Part shown: one piece after another, positions 17,185 to 25,958 of the stretch | Position numbering within the stretch: the first letter of the stretch is position 1 | Layout of the letters: every line of letters starts with the position of its first letter | Virus record (IMG/VR): IMGVR_UViG_3300017613_002335 | Origin: a virus | Length of the DNA stretch: 56,209 nucleotides | Direction: 5' to 3' (one strand) | Made by a program: the position numbers and the translations under genes | The notes under the pieces: model-generated | What the model was told of the DNA's origin: nothing | Databases searched by the model: none | The model's input: the letters and a program-made list of their open reading frames with translations, nothing else

Positions 17185-17402
17185 GATCTATTCCTGATCT
17201 TGACCATTTTCATAAGAAATATTCGGCCCTGCCAAAGCTTGAAATGAATCTCATATCCATCTGATAATTGAACGTAGGTCGGCAGAAAAAACAATAATGG
17301 ATACTGCCATTTTTTAATTTTCGCTCTATTCAAATCATTTTCACTGAATAAATAATTTTGACAAAACGGGTTATCTGTATTTGCTTTTTCTGACCAGTTC
17401 AT
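17181..17402 (-). CDS. Hypothetical protein (73 aa)
   Basis: ORF in the same-strand operon. Confidence 0.45.
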   Translation of the reverse strand: MNWSEKANTDNPFCQNYLFSENDLNRAKIKKWQYPLLFFLPTYVQLSDGYEIHFKLWQGRIFLMKMVKIRNRS

Positions 17403-17494
17403 GATCTATTCCTTATCTAATGTGGGGCAGGTCCGCACTCAACAGAGTCCAGGCAGCGGATACCTGATGGCCTGGTATCACCCCACATAATGTA

Positions 17495-17674
17495 TTAGTA
17501 AGAACACTCGTAACAACTATTTTTTTTCCAATCATCCCTTAATAATTTCTTCCGTAATACTGGTTCCCCACAGTAACAATTATTCTTCCATGGATAACAG
17601 ACATGCTGCTTTCCATCCTTACCAATACAATCAATAAAATCTTTATCTTGATCCCTCTTTTCCCATTCTTCCAT
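17495..17674 (-). CDS. Cys-rich 59-aa protein (below the ORF-track cut-off)
   Basis: ATG 17674 encodes MEEWEKRDQDKDFIDCIGKDGKQHVCYPWKNNCYCGEPVLRKKLLRDDWKKNSCYECSY. Six Cys residues. It fills the gap between neighbouring - strand genes. Confidence 0.45.
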   Translation of the reverse strand: MEEWEKRDQDKDFIDCIGKDGKQHVCYPWKNNCYCGEPVLRKKLLRDDWKKNSCYECSY

Positions 17675-17698
17675 TTTTTCACCGTGAATGATTATATG

Positions 17699-18040
17699 TT
17701 ATAAATTTGCGACTGCCTTTATAAAAATCTCTTTAGTTTCTGCCCGTGAAAATTGACCAAGAGAAATCATTTTTTTCGCCTCACGGAGTTCTTCTGCGTC
17801 TTCTGTTATTGGAATAATCGTTAAGCTAATATGGATATCTTCATCAGAACAGTCAGAAGCATCAATATTTAAGTATGACTCAATATAGGCCGTTTCTTTT
17901 GGAAAGATCTCTTTAAAATTGCACCCTAAAAATCCAGCTGTAAAACAAATTTTAATTTCGCTTGCAAGGTTTAAATTGCCGTATTTATATCCATTCTTAA
18001 ATTCAGATCTTTCACCAGTTTTATATGCTCTATGTTCCAT
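17699..18040 (-). CDS. Hypothetical protein (113 aa)
   Basis: ORF only; no motif recognised. Confidence 0.5.
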   Translation of the reverse strand: MEHRAYKTGERSEFKNGYKYGNLNLASEIKICFTAGFLGCNFKEIFPKETAYIESYLNIDASDCSDEDIHISLTIIPITEDAEELREAKKMISLGQFSRAETKEIFIKAVANL

Positions 18041-18092
18041 TATTCCCCTCTGTTTTTTACATCATAAAGTTGCTTAAATTATTATTCATGTT

Positions 18093-18734
18093 TCACGCAA
18101 AAAGCCCTAATTGTTCTTCTTCAACCTTTTGGTTTTTCATTGCTGTTTTGAATATATATTCGCCGACTTCTGGATTAACCATATTTCTTAAAAGCTTTCG
18201 TTTGTCTGGCACATCAAACGAAGAAATATCATATCCAAAAATTACATTTTTAGCTCCGTGGATCTGATTATGAGCAACTCCACGACCTTTAAATTTTTTG
18301 GGTGGTGTATAAAAATTAGCCCAAAATTGATGTCTATCCAATTTGAAAGAAGGTTCAACAATTGGGTCATAATATGGGATTACGTTTTCCACTGTCCATA
18401 TTTGTTTCTTTGCATAATGCTTCAGAAGAGTTATCTCTTCCCAAAGCCTTATATCTGGATATACAGCTGGATATTGACCTTGAATCGCTGCCATTCGCCT
18501 AATGTCGCTATGGCTTGGACATGGTGGACTTGCCCAGATATAATCAAATTCTTTGTAATGTTCTAAAAGATATTGATGAGCATCACCAACTATCAACTTA
18601 TCATTAGGGTAATAGTGGTGGTATACTTCAGCAATTTTTGGATCGAACTCAACAGCAGTCACCTGGACATTATCCCAAAGCTTTCGATTACCCCCGATCC
18701 CAGCATATAGATTTAAGACTTTTATCTGTTCCAC
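18093..18734 (-). CDS. Compact DNA cytosine-C5 methyltransferase-like protein (orphan)
   Basis: Motif I LYAGIGG, motif IV SPPCPSHS, motif VI TVENV, motif X-like LLRNMVNPEV. GTG start with GAGGGGAG upstream. Only 213 aa. No nuclease partner adjacent. Confidence 0.7.
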   Translation of the reverse strand: MEQIKVLNLYAGIGGNRKLWDNVQVTAVEFDPKIAEVYHHYYPNDKLIVGDAHQYLLEHYKEFDYIWASPPCPSHSDIRRMAAIQGQYPAVYPDIRLWEEITLLKHYAKKQIWTVENVIPYYDPIVEPSFKLDRHQFWANFYTPPKKFKGRGVAHNQIHGAKNVIFGYDISSFDVPDKRKLLRNMVNPEVGEYIFKTAMKNQKVEEEQLGLFA

Positions 18735-18761
18735 GCTGTTCTCCCCTCTAATCTTTATCTT

Positions 18762-18860
18762 TTATAAATCTGAATCCCGATCCATACACCAACCGACACA
18801 TACACCCACAGACATTGCAAGTATAATCAGGATTGCTGCTACTGTGATATGGATTGTCAT
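18762..18860 (-). CDS. 32-aa hydrophobic peptide (possible)
   Basis: MTIHITVAAILIILAMSVGVCVGWCMDRDSDL. The ATG overlaps the upstream stop (ATGA). Confidence 0.3.
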   Translation of the reverse strand: MTIHITVAAILIILAMSVGVCVGWCMDRDSDL

Positions 18861-19276
18861 ATTGCCCACCTCTCAAAATCCTCAAAAGCCTTCGCATAAA
18901 TTTCCTCTTGCTCACACTTCGAATCAACGAGATCCAAGCACCACGTTGCCCGTGTTAAAACTGGATCAAGAAAAAACCATTTATCAGGTTTGATATATGC
19001 CCGGATATCAACGAGACCGGCGATCAGGAAAGCCAATGTCTCAATGATATTAATATCTCGTTCATGCTGACAAACTTCGTCAACTTTTTTTTCAATTTGA
19101 CGAATTTTGCTGGTAGTCAGGGGAGGGAACGGGTATCGCTGAGTTGCTTCGAATCCTGCCTCATGAAGTTTTTGGCCACGCCATTTAATCCGATCGTCTC
19201 CATTTGAGTTTGCCAAGATGTTGCCGATTGCTGCAGAAAGGCTCAGGATGGAAAATACTTTTGTGGAAGAGTTCAT
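18857..19276 (-). CDS. Hypothetical protein (139 aa)
   Basis: ORF; ATGA-type overlap with the upstream gene. Confidence 0.5.
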   Translation of the reverse strand: MNSSTKVFSILSLSAAIGNILANSNGDDRIKWRGQKLHEAGFEATQRYPFPPLTTSKIRQIEKKVDEVCQHERDINIIETLAFLIAGLVDIRAYIKPDKWFFLDPVLTRATWCLDLVDSKCEQEEIYAKAFEDFERWAI

Positions 19277-19467
19277 TTTTTTACGACTCCCATTTTTAGA
19301 TTACGCAGGCCGGCAATCCAGGCAAAAGACCTCATAGTCTGGTCGATTTGCACAGGTCGGGAAAAAGAATCTATGATTTGATTTTTATTTGAACTGGTAT
19401 GAAAACAAAAAACCGGCTGCATATCCGTTGTGGATTGACCGGTTTTTTTAATCGATTTTTTCTGCAT
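19273..19467 (-). CDS. Hypothetical protein (64 aa)
   Basis: ORF only. Confidence 0.4.
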   Translation of the reverse strand: MQKKSIKKTGQSTTDMQPVFCFHTSSNKNQIIDSFSRPVQIDQTMRSFAWIAGLRNLKMGVVKK

Positions 19468-19564
19468 GGCTCATACTCCTTGTGAGTACGAACCTGAATT
19501 CTTTGGACGAGGATTCGCTATAAATATTGCATGGATATTATTTCACTGTCAACGATTATTTTTT

Positions 19565-20191
<627 letters not shown>

Positions 20192-20250
20192 CCTGGATTG
20201 TGTAACATACCCATGTCGGTCTATTATTACAACATTATCAGGCTCCCGAT

Positions 20251-20832
20251 CTAAGCTGATCGAGTGTCTTCCTCTTCCCCCAACGCCTTTCCTGGCAGCC
20301 TCCGAAACTTACGGAGTTTTATATCAATAATATCGTTGATTTCTTCTAACTCCGTTGGGGCGAGTCTCTCTAATTCCACTAATTTGTGGTTAATGTCGAA
20401 AGCAAGTTCTGCTTGAGAGAATTCTAAAACCAACTTCTGATGCTTTGATATATGGTGCCCTTCCAGGTCGTTAATCGCGCGGTTTTTTGATTCTGCCGTT
20501 AATTTTTTAAGGGCATCCTCCATGTCTGATACTTTTTCTGACAGCACATCCGGCGTGGTGTATGGGGCGAGTTCTGCACGACCGGCTTTTAGGATTTCTT
20601 CGTATGGCGTGTTTGTGACCTCTGATATTTTTTTACGCACACTGTACGGAATCCGTGTGAATTTACGTTCTCCGTTATCATTCATTCTTCCAGAATGATA
20701 TGCCGTGATTGTTGGCCCAGGGACACCAATTAATTTTGCCAGTTTAGTTCCTGTTATAACACGATCATATTTAACGTGTTTTTTTAACCAGGCCCTAAAT
20801 ATTTCTTCTTCATTTTCCATAATTTTTAACAT
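20251..20832 (-). CDS. HTH transcriptional regulator, probable lysogeny repressor (CI-like, no S24 peptidase domain)
   Basis: HTH segment TGTKLAKLIGVPGPTITAYHSG. Divergent from a Cro-like gene across an operator-rich 121-bp spacer. The C-terminal half is helical/coiled-coil. Confidence 0.65.
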   Translation of the reverse strand: MLKIMENEEEIFRAWLKKHVKYDRVITGTKLAKLIGVPGPTITAYHSGRMNDNGERKFTRIPYSVRKKISEVTNTPYEEILKAGRAELAPYTTPDVLSEKVSDMEDALKKLTAESKNRAINDLEGHHISKHQKLVLEFSQAELAFDINHKLVELERLAPTELEEINDIIDIKLRKFRRLPGKALGEEEDTRSA

Positions 20833-20846
20833 AGTTTATCTTCTCT

Positions 20847-20943
20847 TTAACGACAAGGTTAAAAAAGGCTAATAATTACCGTGTCTTAGGCATTGTTTAA
20901 CTTTTTGTTAAAAAAACTTGACTTAGGTTAAAGTTTAACCTAA
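20847..20943. promoter_or_regulatory. Three operator-like palindromes sharing GTTAA(A) half-sites
   Basis: TTAAC-N6-GTTAA (20847-20862). TTTAAC-N5-GTTAAA (20896-20912). Perfect 10+1+10 palindrome TTAGGTTAAA-G-TTTAACCTAA (20923-20943). Confidence 0.65.
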
Positions 20944-20946
20944 AAT
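20918..20946 (+). promoter_or_regulatory. Sigma70-type rightward early promoter (TTGACT-17-TAAAAT)
   Basis: -35 at 20918-20923, 17-nt spacer, -10 at 20941-20946. The ATG of the Cro-like gene is only 7 nt after the -10, implying a leaderless or near-leaderless mRNA. The 21-bp palindrome covers the spacer. Confidence 0.6.
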
Positions 20947-20953
20947 TAGCAAC

Positions 20954-21163
20954 ATGACTAACAGGCAATTCATATCAAACACATTCGGAATCACTGAACA
21001 ATACCTTTCAATGTTGCTCAACGGCGAAAGAAAAGTGTCCTGGCCAATAGCAGAGAAACTTTCAGATATATTCCCAGGCAAATCAATTTCACAGTGGAAA
21101 CGGGCAACTCCAAAAGAACTAAGGCAAGCATTTGAACAATTAGATGAGGTAGAAGTAATATGA
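20954..21163 (+). CDS. Cro-like HTH regulator (69 aa)
   Basis: FGITEQYLSMLLNGERKVS HTH. First gene of the rightward operon, divergent from the repressor. Confidence 0.65.
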   Translation: MTNRQFISNTFGITEQYLSMLLNGERKVSWPIAEKLSDIFPGKSISQWKRATPKELRQAFEQLDEVEVI

Positions 21164-21236
21164 GCCTTTTCCATGCCTACCATTATCAACCAAGCGGGAA
21201 TAAAAAAACAGAAAATAATATTTCGGAGTTTTGTAA

Positions 21237-21479
21237 ATGATGGATACGATTTTAAACGCCGCCCTTGAAAACTGCGGCACAGCAAGCGTTTTGGCAGAAG
21301 AAATAGGGTCATCACCATCTGAATTATCTAAATTTAGATCCGGAGATGGGGCGTTAAAAATCCATCATTTAAAAAAACTTTTTAAGATCTCCGGATTGAC
21401 TGTCACAAGCCAGCGGGAAAAAGACGGGTTGATTAACGCCGCACTTACCTTTGCTGATTTGTATAAACACAAACAATAA
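21237..21479 (+). CDS. Small HTH regulator (CII-like by position)
   Basis: GTASVLAEEIGSSPSELSKFRSG resembles the HTH of CII-type early regulators. 80 aa. Confidence 0.5.
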   Translation: MMDTILNAALENCGTASVLAEEIGSSPSELSKFRSGDGALKIHHLKKLFKISGLTVTSQREKDGLINAALTFADLYKHKQ

Positions 21480-21533
21480 CTAAACGAACTTGGATTTTTT
21501 GGACGAGGGTTCAAGTTCAAAAGGAGAAAAACT

Positions 21534-21704
21534 ATGAAACAGGCAAAAGACGCAGTCATGGGCATGATAACAATAATCGGTTTAATGCTGATTATGTGCT
21601 GCGATACTAACACACCCGGTCAACTGTTTTGGATTGTATTTTTAGGTTTCGGCTTGCTGTGTCTCGGTGGGCGGGGGCTGATTGTTAATAACCGTAGGGG
21701 GTAA
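21534..21704 (+). CDS. 56-aa two-TM membrane protein (below the ORF-track cut-off)
   Basis: AAGGAG 7 nt upstream of ATG 21534. MKQAKDAVMGMITIIGLMLIMCCDTNTPGQLFWIVFLGFGLLCLGGRGLIVNNRRG. Confidence 0.55.
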   Translation: MKQAKDAVMGMITIIGLMLIMCCDTNTPGQLFWIVFLGFGLLCLGGRGLIVNNRRG

Positions 21705-21706
21705 GT

Positions 21707-21889
21707 ATGTGTTACCAAAATTGCCAACACGAAAATTATCACGGTGACTGTACAAAAGGTAGTTACCCCACCGGGTGGATATGCCCACCGGATGCAGAAG
21801 AATGTGACGAATGTCTTGAAATCTTCGACTCATCTGATCTTGATGATGGGTTGTGTAAAGAATGTCAGACTGAAAAGGAGAAAATATGA
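21707..21889 (+). CDS. Cys-rich small protein (60 aa)
   Basis: Seven Cys residues, including CDEC and CKEC pairs. Same-strand operon. Confidence 0.5.
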   Translation: MCYQNCQHENYHGDCTKGSYPTGWICPPDAEECDECLEIFDSSDLDDGLCKECQTEKEKI

Positions 21890-22251
21890 AAGAACCAAAA
21901 ACAATACAGGAAGCAATAACATTACTGCAAAAATCTATTGAAATCGTTCTGCCGGGTATGGCAGTCGCAGTTAATATCTCATTAGCGGCAAAGGAAGGTG
22001 TTAAGGCCGTTGAGCAGCTTGATATCGAACCTGAAGTGGCAAAAAAAATTGACATGGAAGCACTCAGGGCGGTTTTGAACGCATACGCCAAAAAGGTTGG
22101 ACCTACCGATGCAATTGAACTGGTCAAGTCTTTCACTGGTGGGAGCAAGAACCCTGTAGATATCCCGGTTGAAAAATATAATGACCTTTTAGACGCAATT
22201 GGTGAGATCGAGATCGAATTGAAAAAGGATGCAAATAAGGAGGCCGCATGA
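21886..22251 (+). CDS. Hypothetical protein (121 aa)
   Basis: ATGA-coupled ORF immediately upstream of the nuclease gene. Confidence 0.55.
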   Translation: MKEPKTIQEAITLLQKSIEIVLPGMAVAVNISLAAKEGVKAVEQLDIEPEVAKKIDMEALRAVLNAYAKKVGPTDAIELVKSFTGGSKNPVDIPVEKYNDLLDAIGEIEIELKKDANKEAA

Positions 22252-23432
22252 ACGATCAGCAAATGGATCTTGAACATTCGCCGGTCGGCCCTTCAAGTTT
22301 AGCCGCTATTATCCTTTGTCCTGGCAGGGTTCGAATGTCTGAAGGTATTAAAGACACAACCTCTTTCGCTGCGGCTCAAGGCACAGTAGCACATGAGATC
22401 GGAGAGAAAAAACTCAAAGGTAAACGCTATCCTAAAGTCGGAATCTCTAAAATCCAAGATGGGCATGAAATCGATATTGAAAAAGATATGATCGATGCCG
22501 TAAAAGTCTACGTCAACCATATCAATTCTTTAAAAAAAGGGATGGATCTTCATTACACGGAATCAATTGAAACATCAAACTCCTTGGCATTTCTTGGTCT
22601 GCCAGAGGTATTCGGTACGGCTGATTATTCGTTATCCATCCCGTTTCATACCTTATATATAAGGGACTACAAACATGGTTCGGGTGTTATGGTTGAAGCA
22701 GAAGGAAATCCACAACTGATGGCATACGCCCTTATTGCTGGGCAGGAAATGATTGAAACCTATGATAAAATCAACATGGGGATTGTCCAACCAAGGACCC
22801 GTGACGGTGAACCCATTAAAGTTTGGGAAACCACACCAAAAGATTTGCTTGCCTGGGCCAACGATGTTTTAACCCCAACCGTTAATCTTGCATTATCCGA
22901 TAATGCCCCACTTAACCCAGGTAGTAAACAGTGTCAATGGTGCCGAGCTAAAGATATTTGTCCAGTGTTGGCGAAAAAAGCAATGACTATTGCACAAGAA
23001 GATTTTAAAGACTTTGCAGATTTCAAGCCTGATCAGGTTGTTGGATCTACCCCAATTGAACAAGTCGCAAAAGTATACTCCCAATTACCGCTATTGAAAC
23101 AATTCATCAAAGCCGTTGAAGCAAGGGTATTCAATACCTTGTCTGTTGGTGATCCTGTGAAAGGGTTCAAGTTGGTTAAGGGTAGGCGGTCAAGATCCTG
23201 GGGTGATGAAATCAAAGCAGTAAAGACCTTGAGGCAGTTAAATATTGATCCGTATGAAATGAAACTTTTAACCCCTGCAAAAGCAGAAAAACAATTGGAT
23301 AAGGACGGCAAGAAGGAGGTCAAACGCCTTATTTCAGTAAGCGAGGGGAAACCTTCAATTGTAAAAGAAACCGATAAACGAGAAGCCATTACAACGGCAA
23401 AAGACGATTTTAAACAATTTAAAAAGGATTAA
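22248..23432 (+). CDS. PD-(D/E)XK exonuclease, DUF2800/Cas4-like
   Basis: 394 aa. DYKHGSGVMVEAEGNPQL core and a C-terminal Cys cluster (CQWCRAKDICP). Located upstream of a DUF2815-like SSB, as in the known conserved module. Confidence 0.65.
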   Translation: MNDQQMDLEHSPVGPSSLAAIILCPGRVRMSEGIKDTTSFAAAQGTVAHEIGEKKLKGKRYPKVGISKIQDGHEIDIEKDMIDAVKVYVNHINSLKKGMDLHYTESIETSNSLAFLGLPEVFGTADYSLSIPFHTLYIRDYKHGSGVMVEAEGNPQLMAYALIAGQEMIETYDKINMGIVQPRTRDGEPIKVWETTPKDLLAWANDVLTPTVNLALSDNAPLNPGSKQCQWCRAKDICPVLAKKAMTIAQEDFKDFADFKPDQVVGSTPIEQVAKVYSQLPLLKQFIKAVEARVFNTLSVGDPVKGFKLVKGRRSRSWGDEIKAVKTLRQLNIDPYEMKLLTPAKAEKQLDKDGKKEVKRLISVSEGKPSIVKETDKREAITTAKDDFKQFKKD

Positions 23433-23436
23433 AACG

Positions 23437-24018
23437 ATGACAGAAAAAAACGAAAAACTTATCACGAAATACATCACACCCGAAATAGTATGCTCTTTCC
23501 CTTATCTTTTCGAAAAATCCGATTATACGGAAAAATATGGGTTATCTATTCCAATCAAAACCGATGCAAAAGCAGCAATTAAAAAAATCCGTACCATGAT
23601 TGGTAACGCCGCAGAAAATAAATGGGGCAAAAAAGCAAGAGCAGAAGTTGGAAAAAAGATTGCCAGCCCATTACGTGACGGTACAAAAGAAAAAGCGGAT
23701 GATGAACTTTATCGTGATTCTATTTTCTTTTCTGCCAATTCGGCAGACAAAAAACCGGGCGTTATTGGTCCCGATCTTGAACCGATTATGGATATTGATG
23801 AAATATACCCAGGATGTATTATCCGAGCCTCAGTGAATTTTTATGCCTATGATTTTAAGGGCAAAAAGGGTGTTGCCTGCGGTTTAAATAATGTCATGAA
23901 AATTAAAGACGGTGAACAGATCGGCGGCAAGTCAAGTGCAGAATCCGACTTTGCGGAGTATGCAGACGATGACACTTTTTCTGAAAAAACAGAAGCAGAA
24001 GAAGAAACAGTATTCTAA
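23437..24018 (+). CDS. ssDNA-binding protein, DUF2815-like
   Basis: N-terminal CSFPYLFEKS block. Acidic C-terminal tail DDDTFSEKTEAEEETVF ending in Phe, typical of SSB protein-interaction tips. Confidence 0.6.
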   Translation: MTEKNEKLITKYITPEIVCSFPYLFEKSDYTEKYGLSIPIKTDAKAAIKKIRTMIGNAAENKWGKKARAEVGKKIASPLRDGTKEKADDELYRDSIFFSANSADKKPGVIGPDLEPIMDIDEIYPGCIIRASVNFYAYDFKGKKGVACGLNNVMKIKDGEQIGGKSSAESDFAEYADDDTFSEKTEAEEETVF

Positions 24019-24306
24019 ATGAAACAATCTGAAAAAACCATAGAAAGATATCTGAGCAAGGCCGTCAAACTATTAGGTGGTCTTGCTGTAAAGGGTAACA
24101 CGGTCAACTCTAAAGGATACCCGGACCGTGTTATCCACCTTCCAGGTGGTTTGATTGGATTTTTAGAACTTAAATCAGAGGGTAAAAAACCAAGAAAACT
24201 ACAAAGCCATTGGTTAACTTTACTTTCCGATATGGGTTTTAAAACAGGATTTGCAGATACAAAAGAAAAAGTTGATAAATTTTTAAGGGAATTATTAAAT
24301 GCTTAA
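24019..24306 (+). CDS. VRR-NUC domain nuclease
   Basis: GYPDRVIHLPGGLIGFLELKSEGKKPRKLQ fits the PD...E.K VRR-NUC core. 95 aa. Confidence 0.7.
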   Translation: MKQSEKTIERYLSKAVKLLGGLAVKGNTVNSKGYPDRVIHLPGGLIGFLELKSEGKKPRKLQSHWLTLLSDMGFKTGFADTKEKVDKFLRELLNA

Positions 24307-25663
24307 CTTATCTCACTTGCATCAATACCAAAAAGATATAGCAAATTTTATATTAAAAAAACAAAGTGCTTTTGTTGTAGCTGAGATGGGTCTAGGAAAA
24401 ACAGTATCAACCTTATCGGCTATTAATTATCTGCAAAAAGAGAAAGGGTTTAAATCAGCTCTCGTTTTAGCACCACTCAGAGTAGTTTATAACTCCTGGC
24501 CGGATGAACTTGAAAAATGGGAGCATTTAACAGGTACTAAATACCACATTATTCATGGCAAAGGTAAACAACCCTTCCTCCCGAAAGTACCTTTTTATTT
24601 TTCCAACTACGAATCCCTACCTTATATAATAGATAAGAAACTACATAAACCATGTGAAGTTTTAGTTTTAGATGAATCCAGTATGATTAAGAATCACAAA
24701 ACTAAACGATTTAAGATGCTTAAAAAGATTATCAAGTCGTTCAAAAAAGTAATTCTGCTTACAGGAACCCCCTCCCCATCTGGTAACCTCACAGAATTAT
24801 TTTCTCAGACGTTTATACTCGATCAGGGGAAACGATTCGGGACATCATTTTGGAAATTCCAACGGCAATATTACGATAGTGATTACATGGGGTATAATTG
24901 GGATCTAAAACCCGGAGCAAGAAAAGAGATAGAAAGCAGGGTTAAAAATTTAGCCATAGTTTTAAAATCAAAGGATTATTTAAAACTCCCAGCGTGTATT
25001 CAAAACACTATTATAGTCGATCTGCCAAAAAAAATTAGAGATCAATACATTGAGCTTGAAAAAGAATTTATTTTGCAAATCAATGACGATTTTATAACCG
25101 CTGCCAATGCCGCTGTTCTATCATCAAAATTAAGACAGGTTACAGCAGGCGCATTATATCTTGAGGATGGCAAGGAATATAAACTTTTACACCAGGAAAA
25201 AATAGAAGCATTAAAAGAAATAGTTGATGGCACAAACTCCAATATCCTTTGTGCTTTCCAGTTTAAATTTGAACGGTCATTACTTAGCCGGGCGTTTCCT
25301 GATGCTGAATTTATAGATGGTTCAACCACGGCAAAAGACAGTCAAAAAATCATCAAAAAATGGAATGCTAAAAAAATTTGCCTTTTATGTGCAAACCCGA
25401 TGAGCGTGGGGCATGGTTTGAATTTACAATCTGGTGGCAACGTCCTGGTTTGGATATCACCGGATTGGTCCCTGGAAAGAACATTACAAATGAATGCCAG
25501 GGTGTATCGGCAAGGCCAGAAAAAAAAAGTTTTTATCCATACTATCGCCTGTAAAAATACGGTTGATTTAGCTGTGATTGATGCACTTAAACATAAATCA
25601 GACGGGCAGAACGCCACTATTGATGCCTTAAAACGATATATAAAAATAAAAGGGAAGGTATGA
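24299..25663 (+). CDS. SNF2-family helicase
   Basis: Motif I EMGLGKT, motif II VLVLDESSMIKN, motif III LLTGTP, motif V SVGHGLNLQ, motif VI NARVYRQGQ. Confidence 0.85.
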   Translation: MLNLSHLHQYQKDIANFILKKQSAFVVAEMGLGKTVSTLSAINYLQKEKGFKSALVLAPLRVVYNSWPDELEKWEHLTGTKYHIIHGKGKQPFLPKVPFYFSNYESLPYIIDKKLHKPCEVLVLDESSMIKNHKTKRFKMLKKIIKSFKKVILLTGTPSPSGNLTELFSQTFILDQGKRFGTSFWKFQRQYYDSDYMGYNWDLKPGARKEIESRVKNLAIVLKSKDYLKLPACIQNTIIVDLPKKIRDQYIELEKEFILQINDDFITAANAAVLSSKLRQVTAGALYLEDGKEYKLLHQEKIEALKEIVDGTNSNILCAFQFKFERSLLSRAFPDAEFIDGSTTAKDSQKIIKKWNAKKICLLCANPMSVGHGLNLQSGGNVLVWISPDWSLERTLQMNARVYRQGQKKKVFIHTIACKNTVDLAVIDALKHKSDGQNATIDALKRYIKIKGKV

Positions 25664-25857
25664 AGTTTACCAGAAAAAGCAACCATTGTGCCGGAACAGT
25701 TTTTAGTGTTTCTCAATCAGGGCCACACAAGAAACTTACCTGCGAAGAGTGTGGAAAATATATCAAATTTATCTCGGCAATAGAAGAACGATATTTAATA
25801 CAGTTAAACATGATTAAAGATAACAAAAACATAGTTAATCTTGGACAAAACATTTAA
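25660..25857 (+). CDS. Small zinc-ribbon-like protein (65 aa)
   Basis: HC ... CEEC arrangement; ATGA-coupled to the helicase. Confidence 0.45.
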   Translation: MKFTRKSNHCAGTVFSVSQSGPHKKLTCEECGKYIKFISAIEERYLIQLNMIKDNKNIVNLGQNI

Positions 25858-25957
25858 AGGCAATGTTCTATAATAGGAAAACATTTAAAGGCAATGTTCT
25901 ATAATAGAAAAACATTTAAAGGCAATGTTCTATAATAGAAAAACATTTAAAGGCAAT
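25850..25957. repeat. 3.5 tandem copies of a 31-bp iteron (ACATTTAAAGGCAATGTTCTATAATAGRAAA)
   Basis: Units at 25850-25880, 25881-25911, 25912-25942, and a partial unit at 25943-25957. One G/A difference in total. Each unit contains TATAAT. The array ends 1 nt before the ATG of an RHH gene. Confidence 0.95.
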
Positions 25958-25958
25958 C

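Noticed and set aside
21642-22277. 211-aa ORF on the - strand
   Set aside because: It is antisense to four well-supported, SD-preceded, coupled + strand genes. Its composition is low-complexity Ser/Ala/Phe/Ile-rich and it has no SD.
25850-25957. The 31-bp repeats as a mini CRISPR array
   Set aside because: The units are directly adjacent with no spacers, are not palindromic like CRISPR repeats, and no cas genes are present.
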